Assembly (NCBI RefSeq): GCF_040938485.1
Contig: NW_027272364.1
Coordinates: 1-64,000, forward strand
Length of the DNA: 64,000 bases
Origin: Diadema antillarum
Taxonomy: Eukaryota
Direction of reading: 5' to 3'
Shown: one piece after another, positions 25,121-37,077 of the stretch
Numbering within the stretch: the stretch's first letter is position 1
Layout: every line of letters starts with the position of its first letter
Made by a program: the position numbers and the translations under genes
The notes under the pieces: generated by a model
The model's database searches: none
Told to the model about the DNA's origin: nothing
Seen by the model: the letters and a program-made list of their open reading frames with translations, nothing else

Positions 25121-25400
25121 TGACTCACTGGAGGTGTTACAGTACGGTCTGAATAGAAACTATTCCTGATTGCAGCACCTCGAGCAGCTCGCAGAAGCGA
25201 TTTCCCAATGTTGGTAGGAGCTGGTGGGGAGTTTGCGCAATCCGAATGACAGTCGTGTGTCTGCAGACTGAGCGAGCGTAATTATGTGACGTCATGTTAA
25301 AGTGGTTATCCGCTTTGTCTTATAACGTTTGTGTCGTCTCTATCTAGTTTAGACTCATTTTAATCTCGTCAAGTTTGCGACAAAGGTTTCACGATAACGG
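25121..25400 (+). promoter_or_regulatory. Conserved upstream block, unit 1 (AP-1 TGACTCA at 25121, C/EBP TTGCGCAA at 25233, CRE TGACGTCA at 25287)
   Basis: Island of high similarity among all three units (38365-38625, 48251-48510) within more diverged flanks. Confidence 0.5.
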
Positions 25401-25975
25401 GTGGGGTTTGGGGTTTGTTTGTTAATGCAGGATGGTGAAGTTGTTGTCTTGTCCCAAATGTATCTGCAGTTGAACTGAACATTCGATGCATCTCAAGGGT
25501 TTTTACTGTAAATAACATAAAGCCCATGGGCACGTCATGAATCTAAATTCGAGGTGGGCCTACTTGTTCAATTTTTATCAGTAATTAATCTGCAGGCATA
25601 GCATATATGATAGACAATCAACCACAAACAGTGAAAATGCCAAGATTTGCACAGACGGTCAGATTTTTCTTCCGTGGCCTATACGTAATGATGATAATAT
25701 ATTATGATGATGATGATGATAATAACAATAACAATAATGATAACAATTATAATAATAATAATGTTACTAGTTGAGCTTCCACAGCGCATACATTATTAAC
25801 AAATCAATGTTCCTCAGTGCGTTTTATGATAACCCTTATCCATTTTACACTTACACTATCACAAAGACATATTGACAAATTTTACATTATTGATACAAAC
25901 ACAGGCGCAGACCCACACTCAGAACACACATACACATACACATACACATACACACGTACATTAACGCTAATCACA

Positions 25976-26006
<31 letters not shown>

Positions 26007-26107
26007 ATCGAAGGCTCATAATTATGAACGTCAATACACGTGATGAGAGGCAATTCAGTAGTGCAATACCGCGCAGGGCAGATTGTGCCGTAGAACAACT
26101 TTAACCT

Positions 26108-26198
26108 GGGAATTCCCCGTCGTGTCTCGTATCAGCAAACAGGAGACATCGCGCAGATCAGATATAAGCGCGCTATACCCATCGTCAGATCGTCAGTG
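26108..26198 (+). promoter_or_regulatory. Proximal promoter of RING-RING-UBL gene 1: kB site, TATA-like box, Inr
   Basis: GGGAATTCCC at 26108, TATAAG at 26163, TCAGT with its A at 26195 (32 nt after the TATA start). No ATG lies between this and 26315. Confidence 0.55.
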
Positions 26199-26314
26199 TT
26201 TGAGAAGACACCGCATACAGTCATCACATCGCTGATATAACGCATTTTCGAACTTGATTAAATTGTAACATTGGTTAGTCGATTACTATAATTATTGTGC
26301 TGTTAAACGCAAAG

Positions 26315-26861
26315 ATGTCGAACGGCATTGTGATCCCATTTGATAACAAGCTGAAATGCAGCATTTGTCAAGACAGACTGAAGGACGCTCGAAGTCTTCC
26401 TTGCGGCCACACCTACTGCAAAGAATGCATCACTAGAAGTGTCCAAGCAAGTTACGAGCGGGGAATCGTCAAATGTTCCGAGTGCCAGAAAAGTACGAGG
26501 CTTCCTGCGGGAGGCGTTGACAACATACCCCGCTGTTATACCCTAAACTTCTTGCTGGACGAGATTCACCGGACATTCGGCCCCAGCGGTCAGAAAGTGG
26601 ACATCCCTGCCCATGGGTTTCAGGCCAGGGAGATGTTTGCCTGCGCCATCTGCATTGGGCCGTTGAGGGATGCTCGCTACTTGCCGTGCGGTCACTGCTT
26701 CTGCAAGAGTTGCCTAGCGAGGCAGAATACTTCCGGTCACATTAAGTGCTGCAAGTGCCAGAAGTTCCACAACCTTCCCAGCGGAGGGTTAGACAGCCTG
26801 CCTGTGGCCTACAGAATTAACAGCATTACAGCCGAGTTCAGTGGGGAAGAGGAGGCAGCAG
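26315..26861 (+). CDS. RING-RING-UBL gene 1, exon 1: two tandem C3HC4 RING fingers (TRIM-type)
   Basis: C-x2-C-x11-C-x-H-x2-C-x2-C-x15-C-x2-C, then the same pattern with x11. Each RING is followed by an LP.GG...LP TRIM-like post-RING motif. ATG context AAAGATG, donor G|GTAAGT in phase 1. Confidence 0.92.
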
Positions 26862-28014
26862 GTAAGTCTTAGTGTCCGTTGTATACGGTATTTGTATTCC
26901 TTAGAGGTTTCTAGTTATCGAGACATGCAATGATAGCAACTTCCTAATCATGGTTTCATAGTGGCTCTTCACTTTACATTGATACCTCCTATATACCGAT
27001 ACAAAAATAATCGGCATAGCCTGAATATTCATGTCTGTGAAGTTGAAGGAGAATGAGACCCAAATATATGTGAATAGAGGAAATGCAGCAATATTAGTAC
27101 ATATAGTAGAACACGTCGGTGAAGTTTGAGGAAAATCGGGAAATCCGTTCAAAAGTTATGAATTTTTAAAGTTTCGGTACCGCCATCTGCATGCGAAGAC
27201 TACAACCATTCGTGACTTCACTCATCAACGACGGTGTAAAGAAAATGTAAAGAGAATTCCGCAAAAATTCTTTTTTTTTTCATTCCATTCATTCATTTCA
27301 TTTTCATTTCCTCCTCTTGATACTGACATTAATTATGTTGATGCTAATTTCCCTTTTTTCAGAGAGAGGTCAGTCTTTTCATTATGTTGGAAAAATAAAA
27401 ATGTTGAATTCTCTTAATATTATTTTTCTTTATATTGTTGTCCATGCGTGTGACATGAAAATTAATCGTGCATTCTTCTCATCCAGCAATAGCAGCACCG
27501 AAACTTAAACTTTTATTCAGTCATTAAAGGTGAATGAATCATAGGCCTAAACATGTATGTGAATTGAGTGAATACAGAAATATCAGTACACATCAGTCAA
27601 GTTTGAAGAAAATCAGACAATATGTTCAAACGTTATGATGTTTAAGTTCGGTACCGTCATCGCTGATGAAGAAGGCTACAACAATTTGTAATGTCACAGT
27701 ATATGACAACGATATAAAGAAATCTATTTTGACATTATATCTTATTGTATAATGTTATAATGTATATGTTGATATAGAAAGGCCTGGTAACATTGCCTGC
27801 TGTCAAACCAGTCGAAGCAATATGAATAGTTTATGGCAACATCTTGGCAAATACAAAATAATTGAAACCGATAATACGATAACCGACTTATGGGGGGGGG
27901 GGGGGGGAGGGTCCGTCAGACCCCAAGGGTAATGTTCTAGATTAGTGATATGTGGTCCATGCAGCTCACAATACTCATAATACATGTATGTTATCTCATT
28001 ATTCTGTTTCCAAG

Positions 28015-28385
28015 GAAGCAGCTGCCGCTCCCAGGGCACAGCTAACGGACGTCTACCGTCCACACAGCGGCGCTCTTCCGGGAGACTTGTTGATGACGTC
28101 GCACGAGAGAAGGCACAGGCGCAAGCCGCGGCGCGACGGCCATTTCAGGTATTTGTGCAAAAGCTTGATGGAAAGACGGTCACCATTGACACGTGCAGTC
28201 AGGATACTATCCGTGAGCTGAGAAGGAAAATTCAAGCCAAAACTAATATTGCGCCTTCACAGCAAGTCTTGACGTACGGCAGAACAACCCTGAATGAGGA
28301 AGCGAAAACTCTGCAAGACTACAATATCGGACAGCACGCTACCATAAACCTGAGTGCCCGCCTCCGAGGAGGGCGCACTTCCTAA
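28015..28385 (+). CDS. RING-RING-UBL gene 1, exon 2: linker plus ubiquitin-like domain ending RLRGG-RTS
   Basis: Acceptor TTCTGTTTCCAAG in phase 1 joins exon 1 in frame (547+371=918 nt, 305 aa). About 34 of 76 positions are identical to ubiquitin by manual alignment. Confidence 0.92.
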
Positions 28386-31300
28386 CTTACTTGCGAACAG
28401 CTCATTATACTAGTACTCCAGACATAACAAGCAAAAAAAAAAAGAAAAAAGAACCAACAACAACAACCTCGAACGTTGTAATAACCTTTGTAAATTGGGC
28501 TTCACTCTCGTCAGAGTTAGTCATGTATTCCGTATTAAGAAGAATAATAGTTCTCTCATAATCAAAATCACATGAACGAATAGATAAATGAATAGATAAA
28601 TAGCACGGCCTAAACAGTCTCCCTATCTAAAAAAAAACAAAAAACAAAGCACGACAAAACAAACACAAAAACAAACAAACCCTACACCAATGCATGGTCG
28701 ATAAATAGAATTATATAGATGAATAAATAAACAAGTACAGTAAATTCAAAATTTTAATTCAACGACTTCATCTTATTTCTATGCGGATTTTGTCAGTTAT
28801 TACGTTACATTGTCTGGATGAATATCTGAGGTAAAAAACAAAACAAAACAATGATGATAAATTATTCTGGACTGGGTTCAATGATGAGGTCGTCATAGGG
28901 CTGACCTATAAAGGAGAGATCCTAATAGCTGCATGGAAATTGCGAGTATGGGTTAAGTTGTAAAGAGTTTGTATCACAACATTGGTAAAGATTGCAGTTT
29001 CCTCTATTATTTTTTGTATCAGATTTAATGTATTAATAATACAGATTTGATGTATGATAATGTGACTGGCTCATCATTCATCTTGTATTTTGAAATATGT
29101 AAATATCATTAATTTGTAAAAAAAAAAAGTCATGTATCTGTACCGATCAAGTGAGTGAAATGAGATTTCACGTGTTTGTATTATGCAACGTACATTCCTT
29201 ACGTATTTTGATATGAAATAGTGAGGTTTTTAATTTTTTTTTTATGCTGTCTGTTGATATATACTATAGTACAAATCCGCGATTCTTATGTATTTCATTC
29301 AAAAGTCTCTTCTCTGTTATTTTGATTTTACAAACTTTCACCCACTCAGCTATATTATGTTGGTGAAGCACTTAAAACAGACTACAAAGAGTGCGGGAAA
29401 TGAGAAAAGAGGGAACAAAAAAAAAAAGGAAAGTGGGAAAAAGATGAAATAGAAATAGGGGGAGAGAGATGAGACGGTTAAAAAAGAAGAAGCCTAGATC
29501 AATGCATATACACAAAGCCCACAGAGACGATTTATGGGCATGCATAGCAGGACACTATGGTCAGGGAGGTGTGCTCTGGTATAGCATATAAAGCCACCGA
29601 GAAAGTGTGGTGGTACAGGGAATTGTTGGCAGCGGAACTGACTACAGTATCTATTCTGTGAAGACACGTATAATAGTTACCTAGATTTAGTTCGCAATAA
29701 AATGAACATGGAATGTTATATGGAATGTCTTAAGCAGACACATGCAGCGTAAGAAGAATCAATAACTTTGTGCTTACAACATAGATAATTAGTTTCTTTC
29801 TGTTGCATCATGAGACTTCAGCAGAAATAGTTTGAATCTTTTTTAAACGAATTCAATGACGGTGCATTTTTTATGTCGAAACAGAGTTCCAGAATGCTAC
29901 ACTGTGTAAATAAAATAATTTCTGCTGGGCTAGCATAGTTCTGTTTCGAGTGTGAGATGGTAGTAACAGTAACTGTGACAGCACTCAAGATTGCTTCTAG
30001 TCATAAGTAAGCAGGGAAACAGTAGGACTCTGCGTCAGAGAAGTGGAATAAAAATATTTGAAAGCAGAAACGAATATTGCTACAGTAGGCCTATTTGTCT
30101 TGAGTTATTTCGTGATGCCGCTATCAATACAACGAAATTCCAAGGACGTATATAGAACATTTTACAATGTAGAAAGGTGAATGATTGATTGCCCTGGATG
30201 ACTTGAAGTACTGTGATATGTTTTGAAATGCAATGAATCAAACTGATTTGGTTAAATTTCTCATGCACAAGGGGCTTAACTGTAACATTCACTCACGTTA
30301 TCACGATTTTTATCACTCGATCTGATCTATATACTAAGACAGTGTAGCGATAGACGTGACACAAAATTCTTTGAATTTTGAAATATCCATAGCAAAGCAC
30401 GTGACAGTAATTTACTTGACGAAGACGTTAACAAAATAAAATTAAGTTGTACATGGTCACTGAGAAGAGATTCTGACTCTGATATTAATGACAAATTGAC
30501 GCAGTACTGGCAAACTTCAAGAGTGCTTTTCTTTTAATGTGTTTTTTTTTTTAAATCTATATTCAAATAAATTCAATTCAACTCAAATGAATATGAATAT
30601 CTACACGTGTATGGTCGTTTTGTGGTGATCAGTGCAATGGAGATAGAAGGATGGCCAGAGGCAGTTGAAATACAGAGTGGAGTTGCAAGACGAAAATCAC
30701 ATATGATTATGCCAAGTCTGGCAAACAATGTTCATAGCCATTATGTAGGTGAATATATTTTTCATCTAGTATCTATGCCTGTATAACCACGCCGTGATTA
30801 GTCTCCATAAAAAGCAATAGTACTTCTAAATGCAAAAACTGAGAGTTTAATTCTAGTGGAGTTGGCGTGAGTACTTGCATGTATATACCCTATACTTCAT
30901 TTATAAACATCCCGTTTCTGAAAAAAAAAGAGTAGATATTCGGAACATGATAGCGAGTTTCAGCGTAAATACGTATTGGCCTGTATATGTGATATCAGCA
31001 AACTAGAAGTCATAGGTTATCTGGATGCGTTGTCAGCCAGACAGCAAGTTGCTGTAGGCACGGTATACGGAGTTAGTGTGTACGAGTAACAGACGTGCAA
31101 TAATATTAATGCAAACATTATCATGTCTGGAGTTGAAAAAAAAAGTGTGCTAGCAGAGTCCTAGTTTATGAGAATACAGAAAGCAGCACTATCTTTTTTT
31201 TCCTTTTTACCTGGAAACAAGTGTATCGTCAATTCCTTTGACCTCATTGTCGTTAAGTTTAAACTTTACAGATTGTTATTATTATACTATGAATGTAATA

Positions 31301-32907
31301 CTGATTTTCTCTATCATGTTGTCAGATACACGTGTTGTCATTTTAAATGTACATTATAGCTTATGAGCTATGTGTAGGTAAGATGCACATGGTAAGGCTT
31401 ATCAACATAAACATGGCTGAGAATATGTATAATGAGAATTTATTTGAGACAAATTGTGAACCAACATGAGCTGTTCATTTCAATTTTAGTTTGCTGGTTG
31501 ATTTACAACACTTCAAATTCTTCGAACTATGGGATGGCGGGGGGGGGGGGATTGGTATAGCTATACGGGGTACATGAACTTTGCATGCAAGGCTATTTTA
31601 AACAGCGAGTGAATCGTATATGAACATGATAAACAATAAGCTGGAATTCCCCAGCTTCACAATACCTGTTATGTGCAGGGAATATGTGATTTTCATGTCT
31701 ATGCATGTAACCGTGTTGTTACTGCACTCAAGGCAAGGGCGTACCGAGGGGGGGGGGGGGGGGGGGTGTTTTGGGTGTTCAAACACCCCCTTTGCCAAAA
31801 CGGAGGTGTTTAAGGTGTTCAAACACCTCCGTTGGGCAAAAGGGAGGTGTTTGAGCTATTCAACACCCCTCTTCAGCAATGTTTAGATGTTGACAAAATG
31901 AAACAAAAGCTGCCTTTACCGCTTTTATTTCCGTTTTGAATTCCGCCTTTCCTTTCTTTTGCGTTCATTTTCTCTCTCTCTCTCTCTCTTCCTTGTTTTA
32001 TCTTAATGTGTTGTGTGGATGATGATACATTATGGAGTTACATAATATTATACGCACTAAAGAACTCGTGTACAGTACGTGTTAATACTACGTTACTGCA
32101 CCGCGCGCGAAGCTGACGCGCAAACAGTAGACATTCCCGATCCCTGCTTTGCTTTCTGGCCGAATCGCGAAGATACATTGCGCATAATGTTCACCGTTTA
32201 CCGGTATTATACCGTACGCGGTGTATGATATACAAATGATGCACAGGATAGAGTGCGTTAGTGGAGATGTAGCCAACTCGAGGGTATTTACAATTGTGAA
32301 ACATGCACTACATTGTAAATACCCGAGAGTGAGCTGCATCTCCACTAACGCCACGAAATAATCCTGTGCATCATTTGTTTTATAAAATGGGTCGAAAACT
32401 AACAGCATTTTTCACGTACCTTTGTGGGTCAATACCAGTCAGCTACATGTAGCACTAGCTCAAGTCAAAAAGTCAAGATGATGTCCAAAGATGTTCGTCC
32501 CAAACATATTCCGCACATCGCACTCGGAAATCCCGCACATAAAAGTACTGTGAGCATGTACGTATAAGAGTATACGTATGCCACATGATATTGTATCCAC
32601 AAGAAAGGCCGGCTGGCAGCCTGAACTAGAAGTTGTTTACAGGATTGACAGCGCGTATAGTAGCGCGCGACGCATTTGTAACAGCTGATTGAGTGCGCAC
32701 TGCTAGTGTAAACATTGTGAGTCAGGCCGTGCATGTTAGTGAGAAATTAATGCACGCACACGTGACTCATTTCAGCGCTTCCAATTGGCTACATTCTTGA
32801 ACCCATTTTATAATGCATAATATTATGTGTGTACAATGCATGCTGCGCTGCAGCCTATTATAGGCACATTGCATGCTAAGTTAATAGTATCAACTACCAA
32901 CCAGTTT

Positions 32908-34179
32908 GAGTGGCGTATCTAGGGGGGGGGGGGGGGGGGCAAGAGGAAAACGTGAAAAAAACGAGAAAAAGAAGAAGAAAAAAAAACCGACGAAGAAAAA
33001 GAAGAAAAAGAAGAAGAAGAAGAAGAAAAGAAAAAAAAAAACCCTCGCCCGGACGGGGGGAAGGAGAATGTGGGGGGGGGGGGGGGGGAGCAGAAAACCA
33101 AATCAAACAAGATAAAAACAAAACATGAATTCCATGTTTTGTAACGCTGAAATATAAAAATTTTCGGCTCGCTCGCTGCGCCCGCTCGCCAAGATTTATC
33201 CAAAAAAAAAAGAATAAGAAGAACAAAACGTAATGATGACGTGGAAATATGAAAATTTCGGCTCACTCACTCGTAGTAATTTAGAGTATTTTTCCAAGTC
33301 CTTAGTTTGTTGGCATAAATCGTTATCTATGAAGCCGTCACTATATCGTGATTAGAATTGAAAGATTTAATAACCAAAAAATGACAAGAATTCCATGTTT
33401 TGTAAGGTGAAATACAAAAATTGTCGGCTCGCTCGCTGCGCTCGCTCGCCAAAATTTATCAAAATTTATCAGATTTTATATCACCCTAAAAAAAAAAAAA
33501 CTTTTAAGTGCTCGAAAAAGCATATCAAGTGGACTTTTTTAAAGTCCTTACCGGGATGGGATTGGGGTTGAACACTGTTGGTATAAATCGTTATCTATAA
33601 GACCGTCACTATATCTTGATTAGAATTGTCATTCGAAGATTTAATAACCAAAAATGACAAGAATTCCATGTTTTGTAAGCTGAAATACAAAAATTTTCGG
33701 CTCGCTCGCTGCACTCGCTCGCCAAAATTCTTCAATATCTATTACATTTAAATCACCCTCAAAAGACCCCTTCTAAGTGCTTGAAAAAGCATATCATGTG
33801 GACTTTTTTTAAGTCCCTACCGGGATGGGGTTGGACACTGTTGGTACAAATCGTTATCTCAAAGGCCGTCACTATATATTGATTAGAATTGTAATTCGAA
33901 GATTTAATAACCAAAAATGACAAGAATTCCATGTTATGTATAAAGCTGAAATATAAAAATTTTCGGCTCGCTCGCTGCGCTCGCTCTCCAAAATATATCA
34001 AAATTTGGGGTTGCCTATTACATTTTAAATCACGCTCAAAAGACCTCTCTTAAGTGCTTCAAAAATCATATCATGAGGACTTCTTTAAAGTCCCTGCCGG
34101 GATGGGGTTGGGGTTGAACACTTTTTCAGAAATTAGGGGCGCAATTTTCGCTGCGCCGTTTTCCCTAGATACGCCACTG
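32908..34179. mobile_element. Nested MITE with TIRs AGTGGCGTATCTAGG and about 265-bp internal tandem repeats (x4)
   Basis: TIR at 32909 and CCTAGATACGCCACTG ending at 34179. GAATTCCATGTT...GGCTCGCTCGCTGC recurs near 33127, 33387, 33661 and 33924. Confidence 0.75.
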
Positions 34180-34180
34180 A

Positions 34181-35365
34181 CAGTGGCGTAACTACGGGGG
34201 GGGGGGGGGCATGGGGGGCACGTGCCCCCCCCCCCCATCCGCTGGTGAAAAAAAAACCTAATTCAAGGGTTAGTAAGCTGCTTTTGAAATCGACATGAAA
34301 GGATGATCAAGAAAAAAAGATATTTTTCTAAGACTTCTTTTAACCATATAATTAAAGAGGTATAACATTGTTCAAAAAGCCCGGAGACGACAAAATATTG
34401 TGATTCAGCGTGATTCCTGGTTGGCATTTTGAATACAAGCAGGATGTGCGCAGTGTACTCAGAATATCGGAATGGCAAAAAGAGTCGCTGCAATGTTGCG
34501 CAATGTGATGTTTGATAGGTTTGTTGTACACATTTGCTATCAAAGCTTGATCATTGATTTTGCAGTGTTGCTTTACATACTAGTCTTTATAAAATGCCTT
34601 GCATTGCCCATAATAAGACTTGACCTTGGCTATTTCCTAACTTTTCCATCTATTTGAAACATACACACTCACAAACACAAACAAATTAGGGGATGCTCTA
34701 TATAAAGTGCAGATTTTGGACATCCTTCTCCCGCTTGGTCACTTCGACGCCCCCTCGCTGGTCATACCTCCCCCAATCATGAACATAAACCGACACCCTT
34801 GACTACCAGTGGCGGATCCAGGGGGCGCACCGGGCGCCCCCTCCCTCCAATGCGAAAAAAAAAAAACATGTTGCTACAAACGACAGTTTTTGGACGGTAA
34901 AATGTCAACATTTTCAAGCTCGCTCGCTTCGCTCGCTCGCATTTAACCGTTATATGCCATTCTCCTGATGTCACTGCCAGTAATTGCCAGCAGCAGTTGC
35001 GCCCAATGCGCCCCCCTCCCCGAATTTCCAAAGCGAAAAAATATAGCTACAAACGGCAGTTTTGGGACTGTAAAATGTCAAAATTTTCAAGCTCGCTCGC
35101 TTCGCTCGCTCGCATTTAATCGTTATGCAATTCTCCTGATGTTGCTGTCAGTAATTGCCAGCAGTTGCGCCCGGTGCGCCCCCTCCCCTTAATTTCTAAA
35201 GCGAAAAAATATAGCTACAAACGGCAGTTTGGGGACTGTAAAATGTCAAAATTTTCAAGCTCGCTCACTTCGCTCGCTCGCATTTAATCGTTATGCCATT
35301 CTCCTGATGTTACTGCCAGCAACTGCCAGCAGTTGCACCCGGTGCAACCCCCTTAATTTCCAAAG

Positions 35366-35414
<49 letters not shown>

Positions 35415-35566
35415 GCTACAAACGGCAGTTTGGGGACTGTCAAATGTCAAAATTTTCAAGCTCGCTCGCTCCGCTCGCTCGCATTGAATTGTACAGTAAT
35501 GCAATTCTGATGTTGCTTCCATGAGGTGCCCCCCCCCCCAATGTCTTGACCCACGGTACGCCACTG
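34181..35566. mobile_element. Nested MITE, inverted copy of the 1122-2231 family
   Basis: Termini CAGTGGCGTA and TACGCCACTG. The internal sequence is the reverse complement of 1122-2231, with more subterminal repeats. Confidence 0.8.
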
Positions 35567-35824
35567 AACACCCCCTCTAAAAAATCCTGGGTACGCTTAT
35601 GACTCAAGGTAGCACGATATATACCCTGGGAATCACGGGGGGGGGGTTAGATAATGACGTCAAAGAGAGTGATCACGTCATAGTAATAATGAATCCAAAG
35701 GCTTCCATCTTTGCAAGTCAAGCCGCATCGCAAGAAGAATTATGATCAATACTTCATAACCATTTTCATGCTGCTCCTCTGTCACGTACATAGATTGTAT
35801 TTGAAATAAATCAAATCATGGTCC

Positions 35825-35861
<37 letters not shown>

Positions 35862-36101
35862 TTAACAAAAACAAATAAATGGCTCGCAATAGATCATGGC
35901 TCTACACATTGGCGATTACCGCAGACGGGGATTCCCCACTGTCTTGTCCGTGGCTTTCATGTTTGTCGTTGGTGAATATTATGTTCCTGATCACGTTCCA
36001 CGCTGATTGATCATTTGTTACTCTGAATACATTTTCTAACCAGTTTTCTCCCAATTAACCTTCTCAAATCACGTTTTGCCAGTCGTGGTCCGGAGATGCT
36101 T

Positions 36102-36146
<45 letters not shown>

Positions 36147-36238
36147 CGTGTGTGGTAATGCGAATGGTTGGATATCACTATAGAAAATAGGATTGAGGAG
36201 CTCTTTTGACAATGAATTAACTATGATTCTGACTCCGT

Positions 36239-36299
<61 letters not shown>

Positions 36300-36761
36300 T
36301 CTTATAAGAGTTACACGTTTACCAGACCCCATGGTGTTTGTGACACCGATGTTGTATATGGAATCTCGGTTATCGGGGTAGGGATAATGGGTTTAGAGAC
36401 TCGTTGTAGTGTAAACTCGAATCACATTCAGAAAGACGTTTTAGAAACATGTTTTCACATCAAATTCAGAAGCACGTGTACAAACTATCTCCATGATGCA
36501 CTATATCCATGATATGCCGTCATTATGCAACACTTCTGTCTATAAGCGGTACGCATAGAAACAAATATATATATATATACACTTAGATCTAGATATAGTC
36601 GCCCCTCTTTACCCTGACATGTAGAATGTATACTATATTTTACACATATTACATAATATGTACATCTGCCATTTTCCACCTGTTGGACTTCGAATATTAT
36701 AAGTAGGAGTCTCGAGTAGTCAATTTCTACAAATGGCGTGCTCGAGACTCCTTCTTCAACT

Positions 36762-36796
<35 letters not shown>

Positions 36797-36934
36797 CATA
36801 GATATCTATAATTATTTACATGTATATAAAAAGATAAATAACAAAACTGGAACAAAGTTCATGCTGTATTCACCAACGGTTTATTTCTGCACACAAATTT
36901 TCGAGCGTCTCGCCGCCCTTTCTCAAGTGTTGAT

Positions 36935-37077
36935 NNNNNNNNNNNNNNNNNNNNNNNNNNNNNNNNNNNNNNNNNNNNNNNNNNNNNNNNNNNNNNNNNN
37001 NNNNNNNNNNNNNNNNNNNNNNNNNNNNNNNNNNNNNNNNNNNNNNNNNNNNNNNNNNNNNNNNNNNNNNNNNNNNN
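36935..37077. other. Assembly gap (N run)
   Basis: Run of N inside the unit 2 upstream region. Confidence 1.

Larger units (their letters stand above)
22548..30784 (+). repeat. Segmental duplication unit 1 (upstream region, RING-RING-UBL gene, downstream region)
   Basis: Colinear homology with 30785-45153 and 45154-54205. The anchor CTCCATAAAAAGCAATAG starts each unit. Confidence 0.85.
31734..35601. mobile_element. hAT-like non-autonomous element (3.9 kb) carrying two nested MITEs
   Basis: Perfect 8-bp TSD ACTCAAGG (31726-31733 and 35602-35609). Imperfect TIRs CAAGGGCGTACCGAGG and CCTGGGTACGCTTATG. The paralogous sites in units 1 and 3 are empty. Confidence 0.85.

Noticed and set aside
26297-26872. 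Calling the RING ORFs TRIM, Parkin/RBR or another named gene
   Set aside because: There is no B-box, coiled coil or IBR. Both fingers are canonical C3HC4 and the UBL is C-terminal, so no gene symbol is justified.
27984-28385. Stand-alone ubiquitin, NEDD8 or polyubiquitin gene starting at the tracked ATG (also 41211, 52412)
   Set aside because: Only about 45% identical to ubiquitin by hand. The ATG-proximal residues are the intronic pyrimidine tract, differ in unit 3, and are followed by a phase-compatible acceptor.
32894-33266. Poly-Lys, poly-Arg and poly-Phe ORFs
   Set aside because: Low-complexity G, A and GAA runs inside a MITE end.
33120-35500. CRISPR-like regularly spaced repeats
   Set aside because: The intervening sequences are themselves homologous, so these are tandem subterminal repeats of MITEs in a eukaryotic genome. 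There are no unique spacers or cas genes.
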